Part shown: positions 12,200-23,712 of the stretch, piece by piece
Layout of the letters: each line of letters opens with the position of its first letter
Position numbering within the stretch: the stretch's first letter is position 1
From: Octopus sinensis
Taxonomy: Eukaryota
Direction of reading: 5' to 3'
DNA: 64,000 nt
Assembly (NCBI RefSeq): GCF_006345805.1
Contig: NC_043007.1
Location: 39,308,001 to 39,372,000 of the forward strand
Program-made: the position numbers and the translations under genes
Notes under the pieces: model-generated
Told to the model about the DNA's origin: nothing
Database searches by the model: none
Seen by the model: the letters and a program-made list of their open reading frames with translations, nothing else

Positions 12200-12815
12200 A
12201 ACCTGTGGAAGAGGTAGACCCAGGAAAACATCGGAAGAGGCAGTGAAGCATGATCTTCAAATGGTGGGCCTCATGAAAGTGATGACAAGTGACAGACCTT
12301 TGGTGATATGTCATGCTTGAGAAGACTCATCAAGCCAAGTAAAATCATAACCTTGGCTGATGCTGGTGTCACGTAACTGGCACTTGTGCCAGTGGCACAT
12401 AAAAGCACCCGTGACAGTGGCACATAAAAAAGCACCCATTACACTCTTGTTGTTGTTGTTGTTAAGCAACAAGACGGGTAAGGGTGATTAGGTGATGGTC
12501 TAGGGCTTAGGGGCAGGAGACCCCAGACCTTGGGAAAAAAAAAAACTTTGGTCGTCTTGTTGTAGTCGAGGGCTCTTCGTTGACGCCCAACACCACTGGG
12601 AAGTGGCCCTCGAAGTTGCTGGAAATGGAGATCTCCAGGTCCAAATTCTTGAACGGCCCCATTACACTCTTGGAATGGTTGGCATTAGAAGGGCATCCAG
12701 CTATAGATACCATGCCAAATTAGACTGGAAGTTGGTGCAGCCCTCCAGCTTACCAATTCCAGTCAAACCATCTAACCCATGCCAACATGGTAAGTAGATG
12801 TTAAATGATAATGAT
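12200..12815 (+). mobile_element. RTE LINE 3' end (family F, (GAT)n tail)
   Basis: GGAACCTGTGGAAGAGGTAGACCCAGGAAAAC (GTCGRGRPRK) then 3' UTR shared with 24963-25830, ending ATGATAATGATGATG. Confidence 0.85.
12450..12657 (-). mobile_element. 208-bp retroposed insert with (CAA)n tail and 15-bp TSD
   Basis: CCCATTACACTCTTG at 12435-12449 and 12658-12672; TTGTTGTTG at the left end. Confidence 0.85.
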
Positions 12816-12916
12816 GATGATGGAATTCAAAAACACACTGCAGACTGTCAATGAAATAAAAACAAAATTTAAAATTGTTTTCTTTCCGTGCAGCCCAATA
12901 GTTGAAAACCTCTGCC

Positions 12917-13153
12917 CTAGATTATCCAGAACACATGTCTCTTCTCATCAACCCATACTTTGTCTCTTTGCTTGGTCCTCATACTAATTGCTTTCAACAA
13001 TTGTTCCTCTCCAGGAATATCAACCTTCTGGAACCTCCTCTTTGCAAACATATTTCCAATTGATGTTGTCTTAAGAGAGATGTTCAAACAGGATATAAAT
13101 GGCATCTGCTTTGGAAGGTATGAAAAGGTTGTGGGCGTTGCTATTTCATTTTC
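12917..13153 (-). other. Candidate terminal exon or old transposase remnant (78 codons open)
   Basis: Acceptor-like TTTTGTTCAAACATTAG then ENEIATPTTFSYLP...KQRDKVWVDEKRHVFWII*; product not recognised. Confidence 0.25.
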
Positions 13154-13473
13154 CTAATGTTTGAACAAAAACAAAACAGCACAATCTCTTCTGCACATTT
13201 TAGCCATTAAGCTGTGACCATGCTGGGGCACCAATGCAATAAGAAATAGTAAAAATCCATAAAAAAAGGTATAATGAAATGAAAGAAAAGAGAGGAGAAA
13301 AAATAATGAGCACATTACCTGTGATCACTTCAGGGTGTTTTTGAATGGAAGTACCAGTCTATAGGAATAAATAAAATGAAACAATTAATAATAATAATAA
13401 TAATTATTATTATTATGAAAGAAAGAGGAAAAACAGATAAATATGGAGACTTGAGAATTGAAATCACCAAGAT

Positions 13474-14046
13474 GTGGCAACTACAAGAGTCAAACATTAT
13501 GCCCAGGATATTAATCGTCTGGAAGCCGTTCAGCGACGTGCAACCAAAAGAATACCCTCCATCAGGCATTTGCCATATTGTGAACGCCTTACTTCCCTGG
13601 GCATGGACATATTGAAACTCCGACGTCTGGCAGCTGACTTGGCAGACACCCATAAAATTATTAACCATCTTACAAACAATAACTCTGAGCACCTTTTCAA
13701 ACTCCACCCGTCTAACACCCGTGGACATGTTTACAAAGTCAGAAAACAGCACAGCTCCCATGACTTTAGGAAACATTTTTTCATGCTGAGAGTTGCTGCA
13801 GCATGGAACAAACTGCCAGCATCAGTTGTCGGAGCACTGCATCCTTCAAAACTTCCATGTTTCCTGAGATTCGCCAACACTACACCTGATTTTCTCCCCT
13901 CCATACACAGACAAGCATGTATCTGACTCATACATTGTTCTCTTCCCAGACATTTGTACATTACTGCATATGCTTTTATATGCACTTTCTGACAAGTTGT
14001 GGTGCACCTGAGCACTGTATACAATAATTTCATTATTATTATTATT
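13474..14046 (+). mobile_element. 5'-truncated CR1-clade LINE (RT C-terminus plus 3' UTR, (ATT)n tail)
   Basis: LEAVQRRATKRI..YCERL..L..RR..DL..K..TRGH..K..FRKHFF..RV..WNKLP..VV, the typical CR1 ORF2 C-terminus. Confidence 0.92.
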
Positions 14047-14290
14047 ACGGTTGTCCCTGTTGTCAGGTCAATACCATCTAACCCGAAGAAAGATCTGGAA
14101 ACTTTAGAAATACTCTACGATTTAGGTGTATTGCAAAAATTGGCATTACTTGGAACTGTGAGTTCCTTGCTGTGACTTGACAGACAGGACAAACCACCAG
14201 TAGACACAATACCTTCTATCTAAAACAGCATGATATTGGATACTGTGAAACATCTTAAACGACGACAACAACGACAACAATAATAGCAAT
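14047..14290 (+). mobile_element. R4/Dong-type RLE retrotransposon, extreme 3' fragment
   Basis: TVVPVVRSIPSNPKKDLETLEILYDLGVLQKLALLGTVSSLL* resembles the RLE C-terminal QKxALLGT motif; ends in degenerate (AAC/AAT)n. Confidence 0.7.
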
Positions 14291-14292
14291 AC

Positions 14293-14852
14293 CAGGCAGC
14301 GGCTCTCATGGCTTCTGATCTTAACTGATTGGAAGTGCTATCATGTACATTGTTTTGTCTTGGTATAAAAGATGGGCTACAGCAAATATTCTGATCAATA
14401 CCACAGATATGCTTGTTAGTTGTTTGACCTTAACCAGTTGAGCATGTCCCTTAGTGGCTGATGATATGTGCATCTCTGATCACAAGCAGAAGTAGTGAGG
14501 GAGCATCACAGCCATGTGTTGAGAGGGATTCTTTGGGGTTTGAATAATTCATTTTTGGAAACATGTGTGTTTCATTCAACATCCTTAAACAACCCTTATT
14601 CAAGGACCTTTTGAGTGCGATAGGTTACTCGACCAGAAGAAAATTCTAACTGGGCCCCACCTGCAAGGTCATGTGCTGTTTATCTTGATATGAGATCACC
14701 ATGTTGCGCACATATGGTTGTGATGCATATGCCTGGTGTACCCTTATCATATGGGTAGTCATGATAGGTATATTGGACTTTGTATATTTTACCCCAGTGT
14801 CACTTTGATGGCATGCACTGCTCTCTTACTCAATAATAATAATAATAATAAT
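14293..14852 (+). mobile_element. Non-coding (AAT)n-tailed retroposon segment (family E)
   Basis: Second, internally deleted copy at 33940-34137; both end CTC-(AAT)n. Confidence 0.75.
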
Positions 14853-14854
14853 TC

Positions 14855-15030
14855 TAGTTTTGGGAAAATTTTGGCAATTCTGAAGGAAGGGATAAGGAGA
14901 TTATATAACCCCAGTACTTGACTAGTATTTCATCTTAGTGACCCCAAAAGGAAGGATGGTAAGGCCAACCTTGATGGGCTTTGAAGTCAGAATGTAAAGT
15001 GCCAGAAAAAAGGTAGTGAAACATTTCTCA
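14855..15030 (-). mobile_element. Family C SINE
   Basis: CCCCAGTACTTGACTAGTATTT..GACCCCAAAAGGAAGGATGGTAAGGCCAACC. Confidence 0.7.
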
Positions 15031-15210
15031 TGGTATCCTTTGTCTTTTATTTGTTTCAGTCATTAGGTTGTGGCCATGCTGGGGCACTATCTTGAGAATT
15101 TTAGTTCAATGAATCGGCCCCAGTACTTATTTTAAAACTGTCTGTCTGTCTGTCTCTCATATGATGGTTGTAGTGGTAGATTATCATTGTTCAATGAATT
15201 TATTTTTCAA

Positions 15211-15261
<51 letters not shown>

Positions 15262-15271
15262 CTTTTACTGT

Positions 15272-15835
15272 TTTACTTGTTTCAGTCATCTGAGTGTGGC
15301 CATGCTGGAGCACCACTTTTAGTTGAGCAAATTTACCCCAGGACATTCTTTGTAAGCCTAGTACTTATTCTATTGGTCTCTTTTGCCGAACCGCTATGTT
15401 ACAGGGACGTAAACACACCAGCATCAGTTGCCAAGCGATGTTGGGGGGGGGGACAAACACACACACATATATATATACATATATATGACGGGGTTCTTTC
15501 AGTTTCTGGGTTCAGTCCCACTGCGTGGCACCTTGGGCAAGAAGCTTCTGCTATAGCTTTGGGCCAACAAAAGCCTTGTGAGTGCATTTGGTAGACGGAA
15601 ACTGAAAGAAGCCTATCCTATGTGTGTGTGTGTGTATGTATATGTATCTGTGTTTGTTCCCCCACTATTGCTTGACAACAATGTTGGTGTGTTTATGCCC
15701 CTGTAACTTAGTGGTTCAGCTATAGAGACCGACAGAATAAGTACTGGGCTTACATAGAATAAGTCCTGGGGTAAATTTGTCAGACTAGAGGTGATGCTCC
15801 AGCATGGCCGCAGTCAAATGACTGAAATGAATAGA
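15272..15835. mobile_element. Two family B SINEs fused head-to-head (minus copy 15272-15500, plus copy 15501-15835)
   Basis: Minus-strand tail and body run directly into the plus-strand GGGTTCAGTCCCACTG. Confidence 0.85.
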
Positions 15836-16429
15836 AACAAAAAAACATATATACATGCACACACATGCACATACATATACACACAAGTGTATCTACATAT
15901 GTATACATCTACATATATATGTATTCAGTTGACTGAAAATTCAAGGCTGTGCCCCAGTATGGCCGCAGTCTAATGACTGAAACAAGATAAAACATACACA
16001 CACACACACACACACAAATACATATGCATATAACATAAACACACACACTTATAAACAGAATGAAGGGAGGAAGGTGGCAGGTAGAGCAATTCCAGACAAT
16101 TGAAAGGAATAAAAAAAGATTAAAAAAAACTAATAACAACAAAAAAAAAAAACCTAACCCAAACCCTCCTCCCCAGCCCCACCCCCACCCCGGTATATTT
16201 GAGTCAATAAATTAAGTGGTATTGACCAGTGGCGGCGGAGAAAAATAAACAGCTTTTCATCCTTGTCATCTAAAGAATCTTAATGTATGGACATGTATTT
16301 TCTTCCCTAACATTACCTCGATTAGAACAACAACAACAGCAACAATATAAACAAGAACACAACCAGCAGAAGAAGAAGAAGCAATCATGTTAAAAATAAA
16401 AGCATTAAAATAACAATAATGCCGATAAT

Positions 16430-16439
16430 ATTAATACCG

Positions 16440-16504
<65 letters not shown>

Positions 16505-16510
16505 AACAAT
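16430..16510. repeat. (AAT)n microsatellite
   Basis: More than 20 AAT units. Confidence 0.95.
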
Positions 16511-17149
16511 AAAATAGTAATAACAGCAATGATGATAATATATTGAAAATATTGCAGAAACATTTCTTGTTATACAGCAGCGTTTACAAAGAAGTTAATG
16601 AGATCCGTCTTAGGGGTGAGGAGTGAATGTACACACACACACACACACACTCACACATGTCTGTATGTATACATATACACAATGTGTGTATGTGTCTGTT
16701 CTTGTGTATATGCCTGTGTATCACTCATATAAATGAGCACAATATACATGCATGCATCTGTATGTGTGTGTGTGTGTGTATAATACATGTATGTTTACAC
16801 ACACACACACATATATATATATGTATATATATATATACATGCATGTTTTGTATCCATGAAATCGATGCATGTCTTAGAAATTTCCAAGGTAGTCAACTTA
16901 ATTGTGGTGTTAATGGAAGAAGTTAGTGTGTTAAAAAAATTAAAAAAATAAATAAATAAAAACATTAACAAATTGAAACCATCATTTCCCTACCTCCCCC
17001 TCCACACACACATCGACCCCTAAACCACCCAGCAAAAGAAATTGAAAGAAAAACCCCCCAGAAAAAAAAAAACACAACTAAAATCCTCAATTTGATCTAA
17101 ACAACGCACATTACATATATATATACACACAGACACACACACACACACA

Positions 17150-18067
17150 TATATATATATACATATATATATGCATACATATACATACATGCAAAGTTAA
17201 CAATAGAACCAGCCCTTGTCCTCACCACCACCACCACCCCTGTACCTTTTATTACTACCTTCACCCACCGCCGACTCCACCACCTCAAACTTGCAAACAT
17301 CTAAGAAGGCAACAACTGTGTTTTATTTTGTTTTTTTGCTCTGTTTTTGTTTTGCATTATTATTTTTGCTATGTTTTGGAAGGGTTTCTTCTTGTCTTTC
17401 GGTTTTCGTAAACAAAAGACAAATCGAAGAAACACAGAGAATTTCAAAAGATGAAAGTTAAGGAGAAGAAAGGAAAAGGAAAGACGAAGAAAGGAGGGTG
17501 AAAGACAAAAGAGAGATGAAATTACAAGGAAACAAAAAAACAACCCTCCCTCCCCCCCAAAAAACTGTGGAAGATGAAGAAAATGATGAAGACAACAACA
17601 ACAAGAGCAAAAACAGCACCTACAATAATAGATTGGTTTTTATAAGAAAATGTTGATTGCTAGTTTGTTAAGAGTAGGAGTTGAGATTTGCCTCAGCTAT
17701 TTAATTATTGTGTGTGTGTGAGTGCATGTGTGTATAAATGTATGAGCATATATGTATACGAGCGTGTGTGTGTGTACATAAATGTGCACCTAAGTCTATG
17801 TATGTACATCTGTACAGGTATGTATGAATATGTGTATATGTGTATAAGTATGCATGTGCATGAATGCGTATGTGAATGAATGTTTACATATATGTACGTA
17901 ATTTGTTTCTCGAGAAATGTGTATGTATGAGTGTATACTTATATACACACAAATATATATACATATACACAAGTGCTTATACATTTTCTCTATTTGTGTG
18001 TAAAAATATACAGTATAAACATATTTGTGAGTGATATATAATATCATCATCATCAACATATATATAT

Positions 18068-18112
<45 letters not shown>

Positions 18113-19011
18113 ATATATATATATATATATACATACATGCAAAGTTAACAATAAACCAGCCCTTGCTCTCACCACCACCACCCCTGTACCTTTTATTACT
18201 ACCTTCACCCACCGCCGACTCCACCACCTCAAACTTGCAAACATCTAAGAAGGCAACAACTGTGTTTTGTTTTTTGTTTTGTTTTGTTTCTTTTTGCTCT
18301 GTTTTTGTTTTGCATTATTATTTTTGCTATGTTTTGGAAGGGTTTCTTCTTGTCTTTCGGTTTTCGTAAACAAAAGACAAATCGAAGAAACACAGAGAAT
18401 TTCAAAAGATGAAAGTTAAGGAGAAGAAAGGAAAAGGAAAGACGAAGAAAGGAGGGTGAAAGACAAAAGAGAGATGAAATTACAAGGAAACAAAAAACAA
18501 CCCCCCCACCAAAAAAAAAACTGTGGAAGATGAAGAAAATGATGAAGACAACAACAACAAGAGCAAAAACAGCACCTACAATAATAGATTGGTTTTTATA
18601 AGAAAATGTTGATTGCTAGTTTGTTAAGAGTAGGAGTTGAGGTTTTGCTCAGCTATTTAATTATTGTGTGTGTGTGAGTGCATGTGTGTATAAATGTATG
18701 AGCATATATGTATACGAGCGTGTGTGTGTGTACATAAATGTGCACCTAAGTCTATGTATGTACATCTGTACAGGTATGTATGAATATGTGTATATGTGTA
18801 TAAGTATGCATGTGCATGAATGCGTATGTGAATGAATGTTTACATATATGTACGTAATTTGTTTCTCGAGAAATGTGTATGTATGAGTGTATACTTATAT
18901 ACACACAAATATATATACATATACACAAGTGCTTATACATTTTCTCTATTTGTGTGTAAAAATATACAGTATAAACATATTTGTGAGTGATATATAATAT
19001 CATCATCATCA

Positions 19012-19040
<29 letters not shown>
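17150..19040. repeat. Tandem duplication, 2 x about 0.95 kb
   Basis: CATACATGCAAAGTTAAC at 17184 and 18132 (offset 948); bounded by (AT)n. Confidence 0.97.
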
Positions 19041-19044
<4 letters not shown>

Positions 19045-19691
19045 ACAAATTATTAATATGCATGCATGTACATGAATGCATTCATGTACATAACATGTAT
19101 ATATAAACTCATACACTTCAAAACATAGCATATACATACATGCACAGGTACATTTAAGTACATGGGTATATAAATGTGTATATACTTATGCAAATATAAT
19201 AAAAATCTACACCGTACACACCCATACACACGCTCGAAAAATACCAATCCCATCACACACTCACAGAATTACACTCAAACACAGTATTGTCTTAAGCCGT
19301 GGCACAGTGGGCAGCGTCCAAGAAGTCCCAGGGATTTAGTGGGCAAATGCTAATCTATTGGTCTGGGTGCTTTATAATTCTGTTATGATGCTCCTAATCA
19401 GTTACCATCATCATCGTTTTAACAGCCACTGTTTCATGTTTGCATGGCTGGATACCTTTCTTATCACCAGCCCTTACCTGTTTCCAAGTAGGATAACATT
19501 TCCTCTGAAGGTTCGAAATGAAAGTCACTGCTTGTATGACAGTGATACTCATTTACAACTATCACATGGTATCAAAAAAAGACAGAAACACATATCTATA
19601 TATCTATACACACGTATATATACACATCTATATAAGTATATACACACATGTACAGATACACACAAACATGTATATACACACATGTACATAC

Positions 19692-19736
<45 letters not shown>

Positions 19737-20476
19737 ATGGGCTTCTTTCAGTTTCCGTCTAGAAAATCCACTCACAAGGTTTTGGTCAGCCTGGCGTTAT
19801 AGTAGAAGACACCCAACCAAGGTGCCATGTAGGTGGATTGAACCTGAGACCATGTAGCTGAAAAGCAAGCTTCTTAATCACACAATCATGCCAGCACCTA
19901 TCAGGGAAGTTAATAAATCCACACATATATACACATATACATATCATAATACATCATTTTCTCATCAAAGTTTATATTTTTTTGACTGCTAACATCATGC
20001 ACTAGCCGTCACATATTAATTTGTTTGTTAGTCAAATTTTGACCGTTAGTTTTTTTTTTTTTTTATTTATTATGTCAGTAGCCATCTGCTAATTTTTTGA
20101 TGCAAGTGTTTGCATGAGATAATTTTGGCACTGTATTGCAATATGAGTATGGTTTCCAGAATTAATCTTCTATATCTCAATGGAATTTCACAAAGTACAT
20201 ATTTTCCTGTCTAATTTAATTTTGTGGTGTGAAGTGTAATGTTGTGCAATAGCTCCATGTTGCAAATGCATGGTAAGCCTATGTGACAATGTTATGATGA
20301 TTTGCCCAATGTAACAGCTAGTGTCCTGAAGTTTGCAACTTTCAGTTTCACAGCCAAACTCACAGATCAATTTGGTCATAAGCAGTTTGTTTTGGGGCTC
20401 ACAAGTTTGTATGTGTTATTGATAAGGACGTTTTTTTGGTCTCAGTGTTTTTGAAGTAAATTACAAATTTAAGTTT

Positions 20477-20890
20477 ATAGGCGTAGGAGTGGCTGTGTGG
20501 TAAGTAGCTTGCTTACCAACCACATGATTCCGGGTTCAGTCCCACTGCATGGCACCATGGGCAAGTGTCTTCTACTATAGCCTCGGGCCGACCAAAGCCT
20601 TGTGAGTGGATTTGGTAGACGGAAACTGAAAGAAGCCCATTATATATATGTATATATATGTATGTATGTATGTATGTGCATGTGTTTGTGTGTCTGCGTT
20701 TGTCCCCCCAACATCGCTTGACAACCGATGCTGGTGTGTTTATGTCCCCATAACTTAGCGGTTCGGCAAAAAGAGACTGATAGAATAAGTACTAGGCTTA
20801 CAAAGAATAAGTCCTGCTCGACTAAAAAGGTGGTGCTCCAGCATGGCCACAGTCAAATGAGTGAAACAAGTAAAAGAGTAAAAGAGTAAA
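20477..20890 (+). mobile_element. Family B SINE, full length, (AGTAAAAG)n tail
   Basis: ATAGGCGTAGGAGTGGCTGTGTGGTAAG head; CACCATGGGCAAGTG CORE-like block; internal (TA)/(TG)n. Confidence 0.92.
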
Positions 20891-21019
20891 GAGTTGGGTG
20901 AGATGCAATTTGTGGTATATTTTACAAAAGATTTTCTTGCCCTGTCTTTTACTGTTTATATTTTGTACTGTCGTTACTGTCCTGTTTTTGTTACCATTTT
21001 TACCCATCCGCAAAAAAAT

Positions 21020-21345
21020 CTCAAATTTTATTTAATTTGATTTTCGCGGGAAGGATTGTTTCATTAAAGTCATGTATCGCCTTGACCTTCGAAACGTGGA
21101 GTAGATGAAACAAAGGCGACTGAAGAAGGGGAATTTTCCTTGTTTTGTATGTCCTGTACTCTATTTTTTCGTTGTTTAAGAAAAATGTCCATTTCCTTGG
21201 TTTTGTGTTTATGTTTTCGTTTCTCATTGTGTTCGACGTTTTTTTGGTGTCCTGTACCCATATATGCATATATATATACATGTAGAGGTAGGTACGTACA
21301 TATATGTATGTATATATGCATATGTTTTATTTATTTATTAATTTG

Positions 21346-21380
<35 letters not shown>
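21020..21380 (+). mobile_element. Penelope-terminal-repeat-like non-coding insert ending in (TA)n
   Basis: Interrupts the Penelope coding relic; CpG-rich relative to flanks; carries hammerhead core motifs. Confidence 0.5.
21070..21131 (+). ncRNA. Candidate hammerhead ribozyme with non-canonical strand order
   Basis: TCATGT-A-TCGCCTT / GACCTTC-GAAA-CGTGG / 13-nt linker / AAGGCGA-CTGAAGA-A-GGGG; helix I 7 bp, helix III 6 bp (2 GU), helix II 4 bp (2 GU). Confidence 0.45.
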
Positions 21381-21382
<2 letters not shown>

Positions 21383-21859
21383 CATCTGTTCAAAATAGAT
21401 TTTGTGTGTTTGATTCATGTAGAAGATTTCATGTGTGGTTTGTATATTTCTATTATGCATACCCTCTGATGTATTTGTAGTATTGTTTTCTGCTCGAATT
21501 CCTTTAGAGCTAGGTCCACAAGTCTACGAGAGAATCCATTGTTAATTAATGTTTGTTGAATTCTATCTATTTCTTTCTCTAGTGCATTGTTTGTGGATGA
21601 GACTATAAATACTCTCCTAAAGAGTGATTTTACTATTGACATCTTATAGTTGTATGGGCCATTTAGTCCCTGTGTAGGAGATTAGAGAATTTATGTGTGT
21701 GTGCATTTAAAACTGTGAGAGCTAAGTAGATATGTAAATGCTGGTGCACAGTTATATGCTTTACTGTACTTTTTAGCCGAAGGTCAGCTGCAATCAAGCA
21801 GAGCTATAACCGAAAGCATTCCAATCATGACCAGCTTAGGGAATCTAAAATCACATTAA

Positions 21860-22079
21860 CTCTTTAGCATTTAAATCACCCATATCCAGACAAATTATTC
21901 TCCATGTTTTAAATTCAAACTGACCAGATCTGGCCTCTTCCATCTACCCTATAATGTCATTCTAAAAATAAACAATCACATCAGCAAATTCTCAAAGCAA
22001 CAAGATAATACTTGACTAGTTCAAAACAATATGAATTAATAAGTTTTACATTTGACAGAATAATCTGAATACTAAACGG
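21860..22079. mobile_element. piggyBac-type MITE (family M1)
   Basis: TTAA-CTCTTTAGCATT ... AATACTAAACGG-TTAA; homologous to 27193-27777 and 30447-30665. Confidence 0.85.
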
Positions 22080-22345
22080 TTAATCAAAGTCTCCTTTCGT
22101 AGAAAAGTAGGATGTAATTCAAAGGAAGACTTGGCTGTTGTTTCTAGCAGATCGAGGGACCACACAGAGGCTTCCTTATTGGTTCACTGATACGTCATTG
22201 TAAATGTCTCGTGCATGTGTATATATAAAGTCTGCATGGAAATAATTTTGTACGCATGAATGATCATAACTGTGTAGGCATTTGTTAGCATCTATATAAG
22301 CAACTGAATGAAACACACACACCCTGTATACTCTACGTGTGTGTG

Positions 22346-22394
<49 letters not shown>

Positions 22395-22932
22395 CACATG
22401 CATACAAACAAAACCTCCATAAACAACAAACCTCCTTAAAAGAATAACCTTTACCAGAAGTCTAATCTCAATGAAGGACAGTCATGCACTATCAACGTAT
22501 TGTATAATATTATGCAACAAAAACCACCATAAACCAAGAAACCAAGGAATCCCTAAACAAGTTTAACCCTATGAGATCTAGAATTTCAATGAACAACAAA
22601 TTAGAACCATGAGAACACACGATATAAATGCTTCAGAGTACAACAACACACACAAGAAATAAAAACAAATACAGCCCATCTTCAGCTGCCTAACAAATAT
22701 CATTGTTTTGACACACATATGTGCATATGCGTGTATATACAAACACACACACTCTTGTACATATATATAAATATATATATAAAATGAAGGTGGGTGTATA
22801 TATTTGTTATATATTTATGTTTAAATGGATTGGCATTTAGAAACGTTTATGTATGGAAGTTCATCTTCAAATGAATGCATTAGTATACATATGATTCTCT
22901 CACACAAACATATACACAAACCTACACGCCCC

Positions 22933-23050
22933 CACACAAACACCCTCTTGTATATATCTATGCATTCACACACACATACACATGCACACACACATGCACA
23001 CACACACAAACACCCTCTTGTATATATCTATGCATTCACACACACACACA
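22933..23050. repeat. 70-bp period tandem duplication
   Basis: CACACAAACACCCTCTTGTATATATCTATGCATTCACAC at 22933 and 23003. Confidence 0.9.
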
Positions 23051-23384
23051 CAATTCATGTAGACACACATATTTTCAGAACCATTCATATTTCCATATCC
23101 CTCCTACTGACAATCTATTGGTCTGGTTGGGAGTCTGTTTATTTACCATTTCATCATCTTCTTAAAGATGAGAAAGTAATGATATACATCAACTATCAGT
23201 CAAATGGAAGCACTCTTCTATAGAATTACTTCCTTTCAACTTTGGTTATTCTGCTAGTTACACAATTCCATTTAAGCCCTCAAAACTTTAAGCAGCACCC
23301 CCCAATATATACATGTATTTAGAAAGACATGAATTATATATACACAATCAGTGTGTATGTGTGTGGGTTATATACATATATCTA

Positions 23385-23427
<43 letters not shown>

Positions 23428-23545
23428 TATATACATACATACATACATACATACATACATACATGCATGTGTGCGCATGTACAGATGTTTGTTTTTTGTT
23501 TTTCCAGTTTCAGCTCTTGAGCTGTGGCCATGCTGGGGCACCGCC

Positions 23546-23712
23546 ATTGTGGTGAAAAAGTACAGCAGGGATCACCACCCCCTGCGGAGCCTCGTAGAGC
23601 TTTTTAGGTGTTTTCGCTCAATAAACACACACAACGCCCAGTCTGAGAATCGAAACCGCGATCCTGCGACCGCGAGTCCGCTGCCCTAACCACTAGGCCA
23701 TTGCGCCTCAGA
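23546..23712 (-). mobile_element. tRNA SINE family D, 5' part
   Basis: GTCTGAGAATCGAAACCGCGATCC..CCACTAGGCCAT, shared with 41479-41787. Confidence 0.8.

Larger units (their letters stand above)
12043..12914. mobile_element. hAT (Charlie-like) MITE interrupted by nested retroposons
   Basis: TIRs CAGTGATTCTCAAC and (rc) CAGAGGTTTTCAAC (11/14); flanking 8-mers CCCAAGAC and CCCTAGAT (6/8, decayed TSD). Confidence 0.65.
20170..21660 (-). mobile_element. Decayed Penelope-like element (RT thumb, linker, GIY-YIG endonuclease) split by two insertions
   Basis: 21660-21470: YKMSIVKSLFRRVFIVSS..LEKEIDRIQQTLINNGFSRRLV; 21010-20890 joined to 20476-20400: KLHLTQ+LKFVIYFKNTETKK; 20379-20190: ICEFGC..C..YIGQ..LSHRLTMHLQHGAIAQH. 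Confidence 0.8.

Noticed and set aside
16150-16195. CTAACCC/AAACCC telomere-like words
   Set aside because: Not a tandem TTAGGG array; just a C-rich low-complexity patch.
19066-19091. Perfect 26-bp palindrome ATGTACATGAATGCATTCATGTACAT
   Set aside because: Lies in purine-pyrimidine alternating low-complexity sequence where palindromes arise easily; no other support.
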